NCBI GenBank assembly: GCA_048939765.1 | Contig: JBHLPF010000015.1 | Span: forward strand, 1-64,000 | Length of the DNA stretch: 64,000 nucleotides | DNA from: Promethearchaeota archaeon | GTDB taxonomy: Archaea > Asgardarchaeota > Thorarchaeia > Thorarchaeales > Thorarchaeaceae | Reading direction: 5' to 3' | Made by a program: the position numbers and the translations under genes | In this document: piece by piece, positions 1 through 9,414 of the stretch | Layout: every line of letters starts with the position of its first letter | How positions within the stretch are numbered: the first letter of the stretch is position 1 | Notes under the pieces: generated by a model | Databases searched by the model: none | Told to the model about the DNA's origin: nothing | The model's input: only the letters and a program-made list of their open reading frames with translations

Positions 1-539
1 CTCACTTCATGTTTTGCGAGGTAGGACGCAAGCAGCAGCATGTCTAGGAGAAGAGTATCACGGTCATCGGTGATGTTCCGAGCTTTCTTAGGGAGTTCTC
101 TGCTAGAATCAGGTTTCTTTGAGAACATCTCTAATAGGAAAGGCATGAGATAGTCTAGGATCTTGAACTCCGCAACCTCTCTTCCAAAGTCTGTAAGCCT
201 CGACAATAATCTACGAATGATGATGCCTTTCTTCCTAAGGTCTCTCTCAGTCTGGTTAAGTTGACCATAGCTGTAAATCTTTCTAAATGGTTTGAGTCTG
301 TCGTAGCTCATCGCACCCTTATTGAGTGCGAGCATTCCAAGAAGGTCCTTTTCTCTGTCTGAGAATGTGCCGAAGACCCTGTCTCTGGTTTCCTTGTCCT
401 TCATCTTTTCGGCGAGCAGGGAAACGAGCTTTGTGCCAGAATCACTCCCACTGACATCGATGTCCCAATACTGGCATGCGAACATCAAGTCCTCTCTCAG
501 TATATGTTCTAGTTCCTTCTGAAGCGATTCTTTGGGCAT
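1..539 (-). CDS. Partial CDS running off the window edge; possible helicase-associated (XPB-partner-like) protein
   Basis: Not in the ORF track. Manual translation from ATG 539 is open to base 1: MPKESLQKELEHILREDLMFACQYWDID...DRDTLLLDMLLLASYLAKHEV. The product call is a weak resemblance only. Confidence 0.6.
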   Translation of the reverse strand, partial: MPKESLQKELEHILREDLMFACQYWDIDVSGSDSGTKLVSLLAEKMKDKETRDRVFGTFSDREKDLLGMLALNKGAMSYDRLKPFRKIYSYGQLNQTERDLRKKGIIIRRLLSRLTDFGREVAEFKILDYLMPFLLEMFSKKPDSSRELPKKARNITDDRDTLLLDMLLLASYLAKHEV

Positions 540-694
540 TGTTTTATTCCCTGACTTGCTAGATATTTGTCAAAGCCGTGTTGCGGCATCCAAGTGCCCT
601 GAGTTTTTATGCATAAGACAATTACGGTCTTGACTATCCATGTATCGCCAAAAGAGGGGCAACCTTATTTTGGTAACATCTGACTGGACAATGG

Positions 695-1816
695 GTGCAT
701 CGATTGGAGCCTCCTCTCTGGAGCGTGAAGTATAGTCCAAAGACATGGGATGACTTCGTCGGACAAGATAATGCCATTGTCAAGCTTCGGAATCTTGCGG
801 ATGCAGGTTCATGTCCTAATATGATACTGTATGGACCATACGGAACTGGGAAGACAAGTGCCGCACAGATCTTTGCCAGAGCGCTTCTCGGTGATTCCAT
901 CACTGCAAACTACAAGATGCTGAATATCCGCGATGTTTCTGATTATTCCGTTGCTAAAGCAAAGCGTGATATCAAAGACTTAGCTAAATTGGACCGCAGC
1001 AAGAGGTCCGAACTAGACGAGTACATGTCTATAGTGTTCAAAAATGCCAAGGCTGAACTGACGATTAAGGGCAGGAAGCGGGATCCAAACAAGTCTCAGC
1101 TGCTTCAGGGTGCTATTAGTCTCTTTGCCTCCACAGTCACGGTTTCTAATGAAATGATAAAAGTGCTAGTTCTCGATGAGGCAGACGCCTTGACCAGTAG
1201 CATGCAACAAGCGCTGCGAAGGACAATGGAGATCTACAACGAGGTCTGTCGGTTCATCTTCACTACACCTACTCTGGCTGGTTGGAGTCCAGCTGTAATT
1301 TCCCGTTCACTGGTTATCAATTTTCCAAGTCCACCAAACAGCGCGATTGTATCATTAGTGAATAGAATTGCTGAATCAGAGAATGTTGAGGTGGACTCAG
1401 GTGGATTGGATGCCATAGCCCATGCGTCCAATGGTGATATGAGACGAGCCATCAACTTACTCCAGATTGTTTCTGCAGCAGGCAAGCCAGTGACCGAGGA
1501 TGAAGTCTATGCTTGCTCTGAAACCACTCTCTCGAAAGGAGTCCGCAATATGATATCTGCAGCAATAGACGGGTCCTTTGTCATTGCTAGAGAATCTCTC
1601 AGAGGTCTCTTAGCTCTTGAGGGGTACTCGCCGAGTGAAGTCATGCTCCAGGTCGAGAGAGAATTGCTGAGTCGTCCGTTTGAACCTGATGTTCTCAGGA
1701 CTCTCCTAGATAGAGTTGCTGAGATTGACTACCGTCTTGTTCAGGCTCGAAACCCATTCATTCAAATTACAGCACTTTTGGCTTCGATAGGAAGAATAGC
1801 AGCTATCTTAAGCTAG
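695..1816 (+). CDS. rfcS: Replication factor C small subunit-like clamp loader (RFCS2-like, with insertion)
   Basis: LWSVKYSP box, Walker A GPYGTGKT, Walker B VLDEADAL, QQALRRTME, GDMRRAINLLQ, C-terminal collar domain. Confidence 0.9.
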   Translation: MHRLEPPLWSVKYSPKTWDDFVGQDNAIVKLRNLADAGSCPNMILYGPYGTGKTSAAQIFARALLGDSITANYKMLNIRDVSDYSVAKAKRDIKDLAKLDRSKRSELDEYMSIVFKNAKAELTIKGRKRDPNKSQLLQGAISLFASTVTVSNEMIKVLVLDEADALTSSMQQALRRTMEIYNEVCRFIFTTPTLAGWSPAVISRSLVINFPSPPNSAIVSLVNRIAESENVEVDSGGLDAIAHASNGDMRRAINLLQIVSAAGKPVTEDEVYACSETTLSKGVRNMISAAIDGSFVIARESLRGLLALEGYSPSEVMLQVERELLSRPFEPDVLRTLLDRVAEIDYRLVQARNPFIQITALLASIGRIAAILS

Positions 1817-2100
1817 ACCAATGGCTCAACGGAGTCCTCGAATTGCATACTTCTGCTAAACCTCGCTGCTTGATTTGGAGAGAGCTTCTGAAGGTCAAAC
1901 ATAAACTCCGCCATAATCTGATCTCCATTTCTTGATATCATTTCACTATTCAGCGCGGCTGAAAGAAGACGTCTGATGTTGCTTGGCTTTCCATATCTGC
2001 ACTTGAACGAGAGGAACTTTACAGCTTCATCTATGGATGTCTGATTGCCTCTGAATCTAAATAGATGTGTCAGAATGAGGAGGACGTCTCTTCCGTTCAT
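1813..2100 (-). CDS. Small hypothetical protein (winged-helix/DUF2240-like)
   Basis: 95-aa ORF with ATG start that fills the gap; its stop overlaps the rfc stop. Confidence 0.6.
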   Translation of the reverse strand: MNGRDVLLILTHLFRFRGNQTSIDEAVKFLSFKCRYGKPSNIRRLLSAALNSEMISRNGDQIMAEFMFDLQKLSPNQAARFSRSMQFEDSVEPLV

Positions 2101-2130
2101 AGGCGATGCGGCTGATTGGATACTCTTTAA

Positions 2131-3117
2131 GTGCTTCGTGTCCTTGATATTATCGCGCCGATGACGGGTTATGATCTCAAAGCCTATGGGTATATCAAGG
2201 AGAATCTAGAGTTTCTTTTCAGTGATGCTTTAGATATCCCAAATATCTCAATAGAACGAACCCTAGGTGGCATGTCCAATATCAATATGCTTGCTCATTG
2301 CGAGCCGGAACGCCTAGTACTAAGGATTCCCACGCTATTGATGGAGTATCCATCAACTCATTACGCGCAAGAGTTTCTTGTATTATATGAAGCAGCTCGA
2401 AATGGACTCAGTCCTCGTCCAATGACATATGGGACTCTTCCAAACAAGAATCAAACTCCTTTCTTGGTCTATTATTATGAGCCCGGAGTAGTTCATTCAA
2501 GCCTGAGTTCAATTGGTATTGACGAGTTTCGCAGACTGGAAATAAGCTTGGATCAACTTCAGAGTCTTGAAGTTTCTGGAGTGCCTGTCTATTCATTTGC
2601 CGTGGAGTACCTAAATTATCTCTATTCAAGAGTCGACTTAATCTTGTCAGACTCGGGGCTCCACTCAGAAAGGATGAAACGCGCTAGAGTAACAATTGAC
2701 GAGTTCTATAGTTCCCTTGAAACCATTTTGGAAGGTGTGAGCTTGTCTACAGGTGCTATGCATGGCGACCTTCGCCCGAGTAATGCCATATTCCAAGAAG
2801 ATCGCGTCTTGCTTTTGGATTGGAGTGAGTTCTGCAGAGGATTTACCAACTATGACATAGCCTATCTCCTCTCGGAGCCAATTGAGCCGTTTTCTTCTGA
2901 TATACTGGTGAGCTTCTCATCAAGAGATCCGACCCAGATGCTTCGATTGAGAGGTCTTGCACTATTCTCATGCATCTCTTGGACTCTGGAACGATTGATT
3001 CGGTGTGAAATCGGACAGGTACCTTCAATTCTGAATAGTGATGACTTAGTGGAATCAATGGAATCCTACAACAGGATGCAGATTGATGAGCTAATTCAGG
3101 TATTGAACCAATTCTAA
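2131..3117 (+). CDS. Aminoglycoside phosphotransferase/choline kinase-like protein
   Basis: GGMSN loop, LVLR, Brenner motif HGDLRPSN, LLDW; the start may be ATG 2161. Confidence 0.8.
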   Translation: MLRVLDIIAPMTGYDLKAYGYIKENLEFLFSDALDIPNISIERTLGGMSNINMLAHCEPERLVLRIPTLLMEYPSTHYAQEFLVLYEAARNGLSPRPMTYGTLPNKNQTPFLVYYYEPGVVHSSLSSIGIDEFRRLEISLDQLQSLEVSGVPVYSFAVEYLNYLYSRVDLILSDSGLHSERMKRARVTIDEFYSSLETILEGVSLSTGAMHGDLRPSNAIFQEDRVLLLDWSEFCRGFTNYDIAYLLSEPIEPFSSDILVSFSSRDPTQMLRLRGLALFSCISWTLERLIRCEIGQVPSILNSDDLVESMESYNRMQIDELIQVLNQF

Positions 3118-4817
3118 AAGAAGCTCTCTGGAGCTCTCTCCCAGATGTCTTCATCAACTGATGCAATCACATATTGATAGCCCTGTTCTGTTAGAAAGAG
3201 CTGACGCTTCGCTGCAAAGTCCATGTCTCGAGTGTCCTTTGTGATGAGTGAGTAGAATCTTGCAAAGCTACCATCTGTCTTTGGTCTTAGAATTCTACCA
3301 AGTCGTTGTGCTTCCTCCTGTCGAGACCCAAATGTGCCCGACACTTGAATGGCCACATTGGCATCGGGAAGATCAAGTGCGAAATTGGCGACCTTCGACA
3401 CTACGAGAATTTTCTGTTCTCCTACCCTAAATGCTTCATATAATCTCTGACGTTCTGAGTTGGGCGTTTTACCAGTAATTAGAGGCGCCTCTATCTCCTC
3501 TGCAATAATCTTGAGCTGGTTGAGATACATCCCGATGATCAGAACATTGTCTTCTTCGTGATAAGCTACCAGAGTCTTGATGAGTTTGTTCTTCTCTGGG
3601 TTCTCTGCGGCAATTCTGTATTTCTTCCTGTCCTCAGCAAGAGCATACTTTCTTCTCATTGGGTCCGGCAACTCAAGGCGTATCTCATAGCATATAGCGG
3701 TGGCAATCCATCCCTGGTCCTCAAGGAGCTTCCAAGGCATGTCATATCGCTTCGGCCCAATTAGGCTGAATACATCTTCCTCTCGCCCGTCCTCACGGAC
3801 AAGAGTGGCGGTCAGTCCAAGCCGCCGAGTTGCTTGTATAGTCGCAGTCGCTCTAAAAACTGGAGCTGGAAGAAGGTGGACTTCGTCATATATGATTAGT
3901 CCCCAATTCCTGGCCTCGAAGATGCCAAAGTGCTCAAAGGAGTCTTCTCGAGATTTCCGCCATGTGAGTATCTGATAGGTAGCAACAGTAATCGGTCGCA
4001 CCTCTTTCAAGTCGCCGGTGTACTCACCTATGTCCTCAGGCTTCAAATCCGTTTTATCAAGAAGCTCTTGAATCCATTGTCGAACTGCAATCACATTGGG
4101 GCAAAGAATGAGAGTAGATGTCTGCAGCTTGTCTATCGCGCCCATCCCGACCATAGTCTTGCCCGCTCCACAAGGCAATACAACAACTCCCGACCCCCCT
4201 TTGACACCTCCGCCAGCATAGAAGGTATCCACGGCATCCCTCTGATATCTCCGCAGTCCCCATGATTTCCCTTCAAGTGTCACATCCCGCATTCTTAGGG
4301 CGAGGGAGTCTCCTTCTACATAGCCAGCGAGGTCCTCTACTGGATGGCCCAGCTCAAGTAGCGCGTGCTTCAGAAATCCCCTTTGACCTTCAACAACTAG
4401 AAATGATCTCTCATCGATTCGTTCTTCAAGATACTGCTCAAGTTTTGTCTGGGCCCCAATCTCTTCAGCCAAGTCTTCTTCCTCACACTCCAATATGAGG
4501 TCTGGACCCTCCATGTACAATGTGATTTGACCATACCTGGACATGTACTCGATAATCTCGCGCTTGATATTGTCAGGAATTGGATACTTTGCATATTTCT
4601 CCAGGGCATCAATGACTTCTCTGGCAGTCATGCCCATTGCGGCAGAGTTCCACAGGCTCAATGGAGTAACTCGGTAGGTGTGTACATACTCTGGACTCTT
4701 CACTAGCTCTGCAAACCTGGCTAGAGAGTCCCTGGCTTCTTCATATTTGGGATTGTCCACTTCAAGAAGGACTGACTTGTCAGACTGAACTATCAAAGGG
4801 TTCATTGGGTTTGGCAT
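3114..4817 (-). CDS. xpb: XPB/Ssl2/Rad25 SF2 DNA helicase with N-terminal helicase-associated domain
   Basis: LRRYQ, VLPCGAGKT, DEVH, GLTATLVRED (RED motif), QRLGRILR; N-terminal PLIVQSD...HTYRVTPLSLWN. Confidence 0.93.
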   Translation of the reverse strand: MPNPMNPLIVQSDKSVLLEVDNPKYEEARDSLARFAELVKSPEYVHTYRVTPLSLWNSAAMGMTAREVIDALEKYAKYPIPDNIKREIIEYMSRYGQITLYMEGPDLILECEEEDLAEEIGAQTKLEQYLEERIDERSFLVVEGQRGFLKHALLELGHPVEDLAGYVEGDSLALRMRDVTLEGKSWGLRRYQRDAVDTFYAGGGVKGGSGVVVLPCGAGKTMVGMGAIDKLQTSTLILCPNVIAVRQWIQELLDKTDLKPEDIGEYTGDLKEVRPITVATYQILTWRKSREDSFEHFGIFEARNWGLIIYDEVHLLPAPVFRATATIQATRRLGLTATLVREDGREEDVFSLIGPKRYDMPWKLLEDQGWIATAICYEIRLELPDPMRRKYALAEDRKKYRIAAENPEKNKLIKTLVAYHEEDNVLIIGMYLNQLKIIAEEIEAPLITGKTPNSERQRLYEAFRVGEQKILVVSKVANFALDLPDANVAIQVSGTFGSRQEEAQRLGRILRPKTDGSFARFYSLITKDTRDMDFAAKRQLFLTEQGYQYVIASVDEDIWERAPESFF

Positions 4818-4998
4818 TTAGATTCCTCTTGCTGGGCAGCGGTTTCACTCCTTAACTTAGAAGGGTCAATTCGTGAGTTGGAAACCGAAGGACGGCGAGA
4901 TGACTTTAAAATAAATCCTTCCTTTCAACACAATTTTCTCAACATGGGCATCTATATTAGCAGGTCTTCAGCGCTTCGTGAAACGATGGTGAAGCCAA

Positions 4999-6399
4999 GT
5001 GGGACGAATCAATCCCAGCCGTTTATACACAAATCTTAGCGTCATGGTTCTCTCATTTGACGCGCTTTTGATTATGCTAGGATTTGGGATTATTGCTCCT
5101 TCGATGGCTTTCTATCTTATCGCTCTTGAAGGAGGACTTACTCAGCCGCCTGGTCCCGGATATATAGTTCCAGACGAGGTTGTGGCTTCGTTTGCGATTA
5201 TTCTGGGCATAATGATGGCCGCGTTCATGTTCTCACGAACAATCTTTGCTAGATACTTCGGCGGCCTTTCGGACACTCGAGGTCGCAAGCCCCTATTGAT
5301 GATAGGCCTGCTGGGCTATTTCCTTCTGCTCTTGCTCTTCGGTCTTGCTCGGTCATGGATTGATCTCCTTATCATTCGCTTTCTCCAAGGGATTGTTTCT
5401 GGGATGGTATGGCCAGTAGCAGAAGCTTCACTCATGGATATAGTGGGTTTCGACCGAAGAGGGGAAGGGCTCGGAATCTATATGTTCGTTTCAAATATTG
5501 GGTTTGTGGCTGGACCCGGACTTGGAGGCATCCTCTACAATTTCTGTCGTGACTTCCTTCTTCTTCCAGTGCCGGATGTTTTTAGGGTGCCATATTTCAT
5601 GGCGGCCCTCATCGTTCTGCCTGCAGTCTTACTGACGGGGATTAGTCTCAAAGAAACATCTCCCTTGAAGATACGGGAGAAGAAACCGACTGAACAGCCT
5701 CAGGAGATGGAGCTTGAGCCTTCTCGTCTTATGCTGTCCGATAATGAAATTGCACCGAGCACCCGTAGGATGATCAATGTGCTCTACGTTATGGCCATGA
5801 TGAATGGAATTGCCATGGGGCTGGGGCAGCCTCTATTCCAGTTGTTTCTCATGAGCAAGATAACAACAGACATTGGTTTGATTGGCTTTATCATTTCGGG
5901 AGCCGGAGCAATAGGTATGTTATTCACTGTACCTGCCGGGCGATATGCTGATAGACGTGGTCGAAAGGGTCTAGCTGTTTGGGGTGCTGTTGGCGCCAGA
6001 GCAAGTCTCGCGATATTGCCCGCGACAACGAATGTTCTTCAGACTGGAGCTGTGTGGATAGCTCAGAGCGCATCTATGTCTGCATCGCAACCAGCAATGC
6101 GCGCGATACAGGCAGATATAGTGCCTTGGAGTCTTCGCGGCAAGCTATTTGGTACGATTCAAGCTTTCTTCAATGCGGGAGCAACAATAGGACCGCTCGT
6201 TGGCGGGACAATCTATGCCTACTTCTCGCTTCTGACATTCAACTTTGGAGTTGCGATTATTGAAGGCTTTATGGTTCCTTTCTGGTTAGCTGCAGGGCTA
6301 GGTCTGATAGGGGCGTTCTTGGTATGGAAGTATATCGAAGAAACTTCTCCGGTACAGGTGCTGCTAGAAGAACCAAGTGAAGTTGCTGACGCAACTTGA
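4999..6399 (+). CDS. MFS transporter
   Basis: About 12 TM segments; motif A GGLSDTRGRK and GRYADRRGRK. Confidence 0.9.
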   Translation: MGRINPSRLYTNLSVMVLSFDALLIMLGFGIIAPSMAFYLIALEGGLTQPPGPGYIVPDEVVASFAIILGIMMAAFMFSRTIFARYFGGLSDTRGRKPLLMIGLLGYFLLLLLFGLARSWIDLLIIRFLQGIVSGMVWPVAEASLMDIVGFDRRGEGLGIYMFVSNIGFVAGPGLGGILYNFCRDFLLLPVPDVFRVPYFMAALIVLPAVLLTGISLKETSPLKIREKKPTEQPQEMELEPSRLMLSDNEIAPSTRRMINVLYVMAMMNGIAMGLGQPLFQLFLMSKITTDIGLIGFIISGAGAIGMLFTVPAGRYADRRGRKGLAVWGAVGARASLAILPATTNVLQTGAVWIAQSASMSASQPAMRAIQADIVPWSLRGKLFGTIQAFFNAGATIGPLVGGTIYAYFSLLTFNFGVAIIEGFMVPFWLAAGLGLIGAFLVWKYIEETSPVQVLLEEPSEVADAT

Positions 6400-6482
6400 A
6401 ACTGCATGACGCTGACCACAAATCCTTTATAGAAAATTCCGTGAGCAGGACCTGCATGACTCGAAAGGAGGTGCAGTTCCAT

Positions 6483-6542
6483 ATGATGGTAATAGAATTG
6501 GTTAATGCAGTGGACACTTGCACCCGCATTGAGGGTGTCTAA
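6483..6542 (+). CDS. Putative 19-aa leader peptide MMVIELVNAVDTCTRIEGV
   Basis: Strong Shine-Dalgarno AAAGGAGGTG (6464-6473) 9 nt before ATG 6483; TATA-like TTTATAGA at 6426-6433. Confidence 0.4.
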   Translation: MMVIELVNAVDTCTRIEGV

Positions 6543-6557
6543 TAGAACGGCATCCGC

Positions 6558-6717
6558 TGTTTCTTTGTGCTAGCATTCATTTCACGCATCATGATTGTGA
6601 TGCTCATTGACGCACATAGCGCGTGGCTAGTTGTCTGCTGACCTTGGTCTGATGTGCTTAGAATGTAAGATGCGTACCAGCTCAGTCAATGAGAGTGAAA
6701 TCAGAAGTTGAGAAACA
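6558..6717 (+). ncRNA. Candidate structured RNA element upstream of the RIO kinase
   Basis: Nested complementary segments: TGTTTCT/AGAAACA, ATTTCAC/GTGAAAT, CTCATTGAC/GTCAATGAG, GCACAT/ATGTGC, plus hairpin GCATCA/TGATGC. Confidence 0.4.
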
Positions 6718-6763
6718 AAACGACACAAGGAATGCTGGGCTCACATTACAGTAGGTGTGAACT

Positions 6764-7600
6764 GTGAGCCGAGTCGAGAAGCATAATCCCTTGAAGAGTG
6801 GCGCAATCGCTCAAAAGCGTGCCGCTCTAAGGGCAGAGACCTCTGGTAGGATAACTGAAATCAAAGAGCTCACCTTTGATACTGTCCGTGAAGATGCGAT
6901 ACAATACGGTCTTGCCACGGACGTCATCTATCAGATCAACGCTGGAAAGGAAGCCTCGATCTTCCTCGCTCAATGGAGAGGACACCATATAATTCTGAAA
7001 GCATATCGTCTATGGCAATCCTCTCACAAGATGTCGAAGAAGAGGGGATACGTTGCACAGGGCACAGGCAAGAGAACGTACTTCATTCTTGGAATGATGG
7101 AGGACTTGGCCGTCATGGAGTACGATTATCTCATGAACTGCTTCAGAGCAGGGGTTCATGTTCCTACTCCCATTGGTCGAGTTGGAAACTACCTCACAAT
7201 GAGATTCATAGGCGATGAAACCCAGCCTGCACCCCAGCTCAAAGATGTCAATCTTGAGAATCCTGAGAATGTCCTAGATCAGATACTGGATGACTATCTC
7301 TTGATGTATGGCAAAGCTCACTATGTCCATGGAGACCTCAGCAAGTACAATGTACTCTGGTGGCAAGACCGCCCTTGGATTATTGATGTTCCGCAAGCGG
7401 TCACTGTCAACAAGTGGTCTGATATGCTGAGGGTTGAGAAGTTACTCATGAGGGACATCAAGAATGTACTAGATCATTTCGAGAGCTACGGCATTCATCG
7501 AGACCCAGACCTTATCCTCGACGTCTTCCTCTCTGAGTATATCCCTGAGAATCTCAAGAACTACAGAGAACTCGAGTCGGAAGGTATTGAGTTGCTTTAG
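6764..7600 (+). CDS. RIO1-family atypical Ser/Thr kinase
   Basis: GKEASIF P-loop, VPTP, HGDLSKYNVL catalytic loop, IDVPQ. Confidence 0.9.
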   Translation: MSRVEKHNPLKSGAIAQKRAALRAETSGRITEIKELTFDTVREDAIQYGLATDVIYQINAGKEASIFLAQWRGHHIILKAYRLWQSSHKMSKKRGYVAQGTGKRTYFILGMMEDLAVMEYDYLMNCFRAGVHVPTPIGRVGNYLTMRFIGDETQPAPQLKDVNLENPENVLDQILDDYLLMYGKAHYVHGDLSKYNVLWWQDRPWIIDVPQAVTVNKWSDMLRVEKLLMRDIKNVLDHFESYGIHRDPDLILDVFLSEYIPENLKNYRELESEGIELL

Positions 7601-7753
7601 AGGAGAGTGGTCGAGAATCCGTCGGCACGCCTTTATGGCGTATGGGGTGAACCATTCTAGGTATTCAAAGTACAAGTTCTATACTATCAGAGTGTGCCTT
7701 ATTGTAGCTGTTTCTCATCCCGAGGTTATTAGGAAAAACCGACACAATACGGT

Positions 7754-7978
7754 ATGAAAGATAGTGCTGGCAAGTGGGTGGTCGTCAACGGACGAGTTTT
7801 CAGACTCGAGCGAGTTGTTGATGAAGTCTGCACCGCGCTGCTTCTCCAGAGGACTCTTTCCGTACTATGTGATGTCCACCTGAAGCGCACCGACGATGGA
7901 AGATGGGCTGTATATTGGAGATCTAAAAAGGACAGAATTGAATGCACACCAAGGGCTATAGTAACTCCTATGGAATAA
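7754..7978 (+). CDS. Small hypothetical protein
   Basis: 74-aa ORF in an otherwise empty gap, followed by a hairpin. Confidence 0.5.
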   Translation: MKDSAGKWVVVNGRVFRLERVVDEVCTALLLQRTLSVLCDVHLKRTDDGRWAVYWRSKKDRIECTPRAIVTPME

Positions 7979-7998
7979 AAACAAAAAGAAGGTGTAGT

Positions 7999-8017
7999 CG
8001 GAGTGGTTCGCACTCCG
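7999..8017. terminator. Hairpin between convergent genes
   Basis: CGGAGTG-GTTCG-CACTCCG, with an A-tract at about 7977-7990 (U-tract on the minus strand). Confidence 0.5.
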
Positions 8018-8083
8018 CGTTCATTTGGGTAGATAGCTTCTCTCCGGTCCAATGAAAGAGGGAAACAAATCTGGCGATCCTTA

Positions 8084-8500
8084 CTAGTCTACCTTGCGCA
8101 GCACAACCCTAGAAACACCAGGTATCTTCCTGAGGCTCTCCTCAAGCTCCTTCAGTGTAACAACGAGCTGATCCGGTACAAAGTAACACTCGTAGTAGCA
8201 TTTTTCGCCCCTGAGACAAACGCCAGTCGTGAAAATGATGTCACTAAGCTTGGCATCGTTGAAAGCGAAGTTCAGCTGCTTCAAGAAGTTCCTTGACAGA
8301 TCACTGATTTCAATTCGAAGCAGGTAAATATCATCGCTAGAAACCGGAAAGATCTTCATAACTCTGTCCTTGTGATGCAACACGGTCAGAGCCGCTCGCT
8401 CCCCAATGTCGGCGACAAAATCTTGAGGAAATTCTACGGGCTTCCCCTCAGTGAAGTGAAGTATGATTGCGCTTGTTGCTCCCTCACGGTCTATAGTCAC
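8084..8500 (-). CDS. Hypothetical protein (possible ACT-like C-terminal domain)
   Basis: 138-aa ORF ending LEESLRKIPGVSRVVL, as seen in ACT/ferredoxin-like folds. Confidence 0.65.
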   Translation of the reverse strand: MTIDREGATSAIILHFTEGKPVEFPQDFVADIGERAALTVLHHKDRVMKIFPVSSDDIYLLRIEISDLSRNFLKQLNFAFNDAKLSDIIFTTGVCLRGEKCYYECYFVPDQLVVTLKELEESLRKIPGVSRVVLRKVD

Positions 8501-8690
8501 GGTCTTTTACACGTCCTTTCAGGGTGTGGTACTCGGTGACATGACGTTCTCTCTTTATTAAAGATTCTGTCGTAAATGCCCGCGAATCACGCCTGCTTTG
8601 TTTAGAGAAGTGATTGTACATTTAGTCGAAAAATGGGATACAAATCTATAATTGCAGGGGTGTTGAAGGCAAAATTGGAGTCTGCTTGCC

Positions 8691-9404
8691 GTGAATCCAC
8701 GTCTATCTCAGTTTCTAGGAGTCATTTTTCTCGTCATATGTCTTGCAATGTCCTATATCGTATACCAATCTACCATTCAGGTCGGTGGAGATGTGGGGAC
8801 TCTCATTACATCAGGCATTATCGCATGGGGGATTCTTGGTCTGCCTGAATTGGCAATCGGACTTTGGCTCATCATAAAGGGGACTCGAGACGCACGAGTC
8901 GGCGACATCTCCGGAAAGCTTATTCTCCTTGTACAGAAGGAAGGTCGAATTGGTGTGGCTGAAGCTGCAAGAGAGCTTGGCGTAGGTCCATCAGATGTCG
9001 CAGATGCTGCAGAGAAGCTAGCACGTAGGCGTCTTCCTCTTGTCTATCTTGACAGAGGGAAAAATGAGATTGTCAGTCCGTCTGCAGTGTCCCTCGAAGA
9101 GAGTCTTTTGCATCTACTACATGCCCAGCGGCGAATGACATTCGATCAGATTTCGAATGTTGCCAATGCGACCGATAATCAGATTGTCGAAGCCCTTGAG
9201 CATCTATCCAGCAAGGGAAAATTCAGGGGCACTATCGACAAGAACTCCCGAGTGGTATATACATCGGAAGCAGTCGAACAGCTCCCTAAAGCTGTAACTG
9301 CATGTCCGAATTGTGGTGGCAGGCTTCCAAATCCAATACTCCCTGGAGAAGAGGAAAACTGCCCATTCTGCGGACATTCCATTGTCAACCGTTTGGATAT
9401 CTAG
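8691..9404 (+). CDS. Membrane protein with 2 TM, tandem winged-helix (PCI-like) domains and a C-terminal zinc ribbon
   Basis: Two hydrophobic helices; GRIGVAEAARELG and RRMTFDQISNVAN...GKFRGTID wHTH-like repeats; CPNCG...CPFCG. Confidence 0.75.
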   Translation: MNPRLSQFLGVIFLVICLAMSYIVYQSTIQVGGDVGTLITSGIIAWGILGLPELAIGLWLIIKGTRDARVGDISGKLILLVQKEGRIGVAEAARELGVGPSDVADAAEKLARRRLPLVYLDRGKNEIVSPSAVSLEESLLHLLHAQRRMTFDQISNVANATDNQIVEALEHLSSKGKFRGTIDKNSRVVYTSEAVEQLPKAVTACPNCGGRLPNPILPGEEENCPFCGHSIVNRLDI

Positions 9405-9414
9405 TGCCGTGGCA

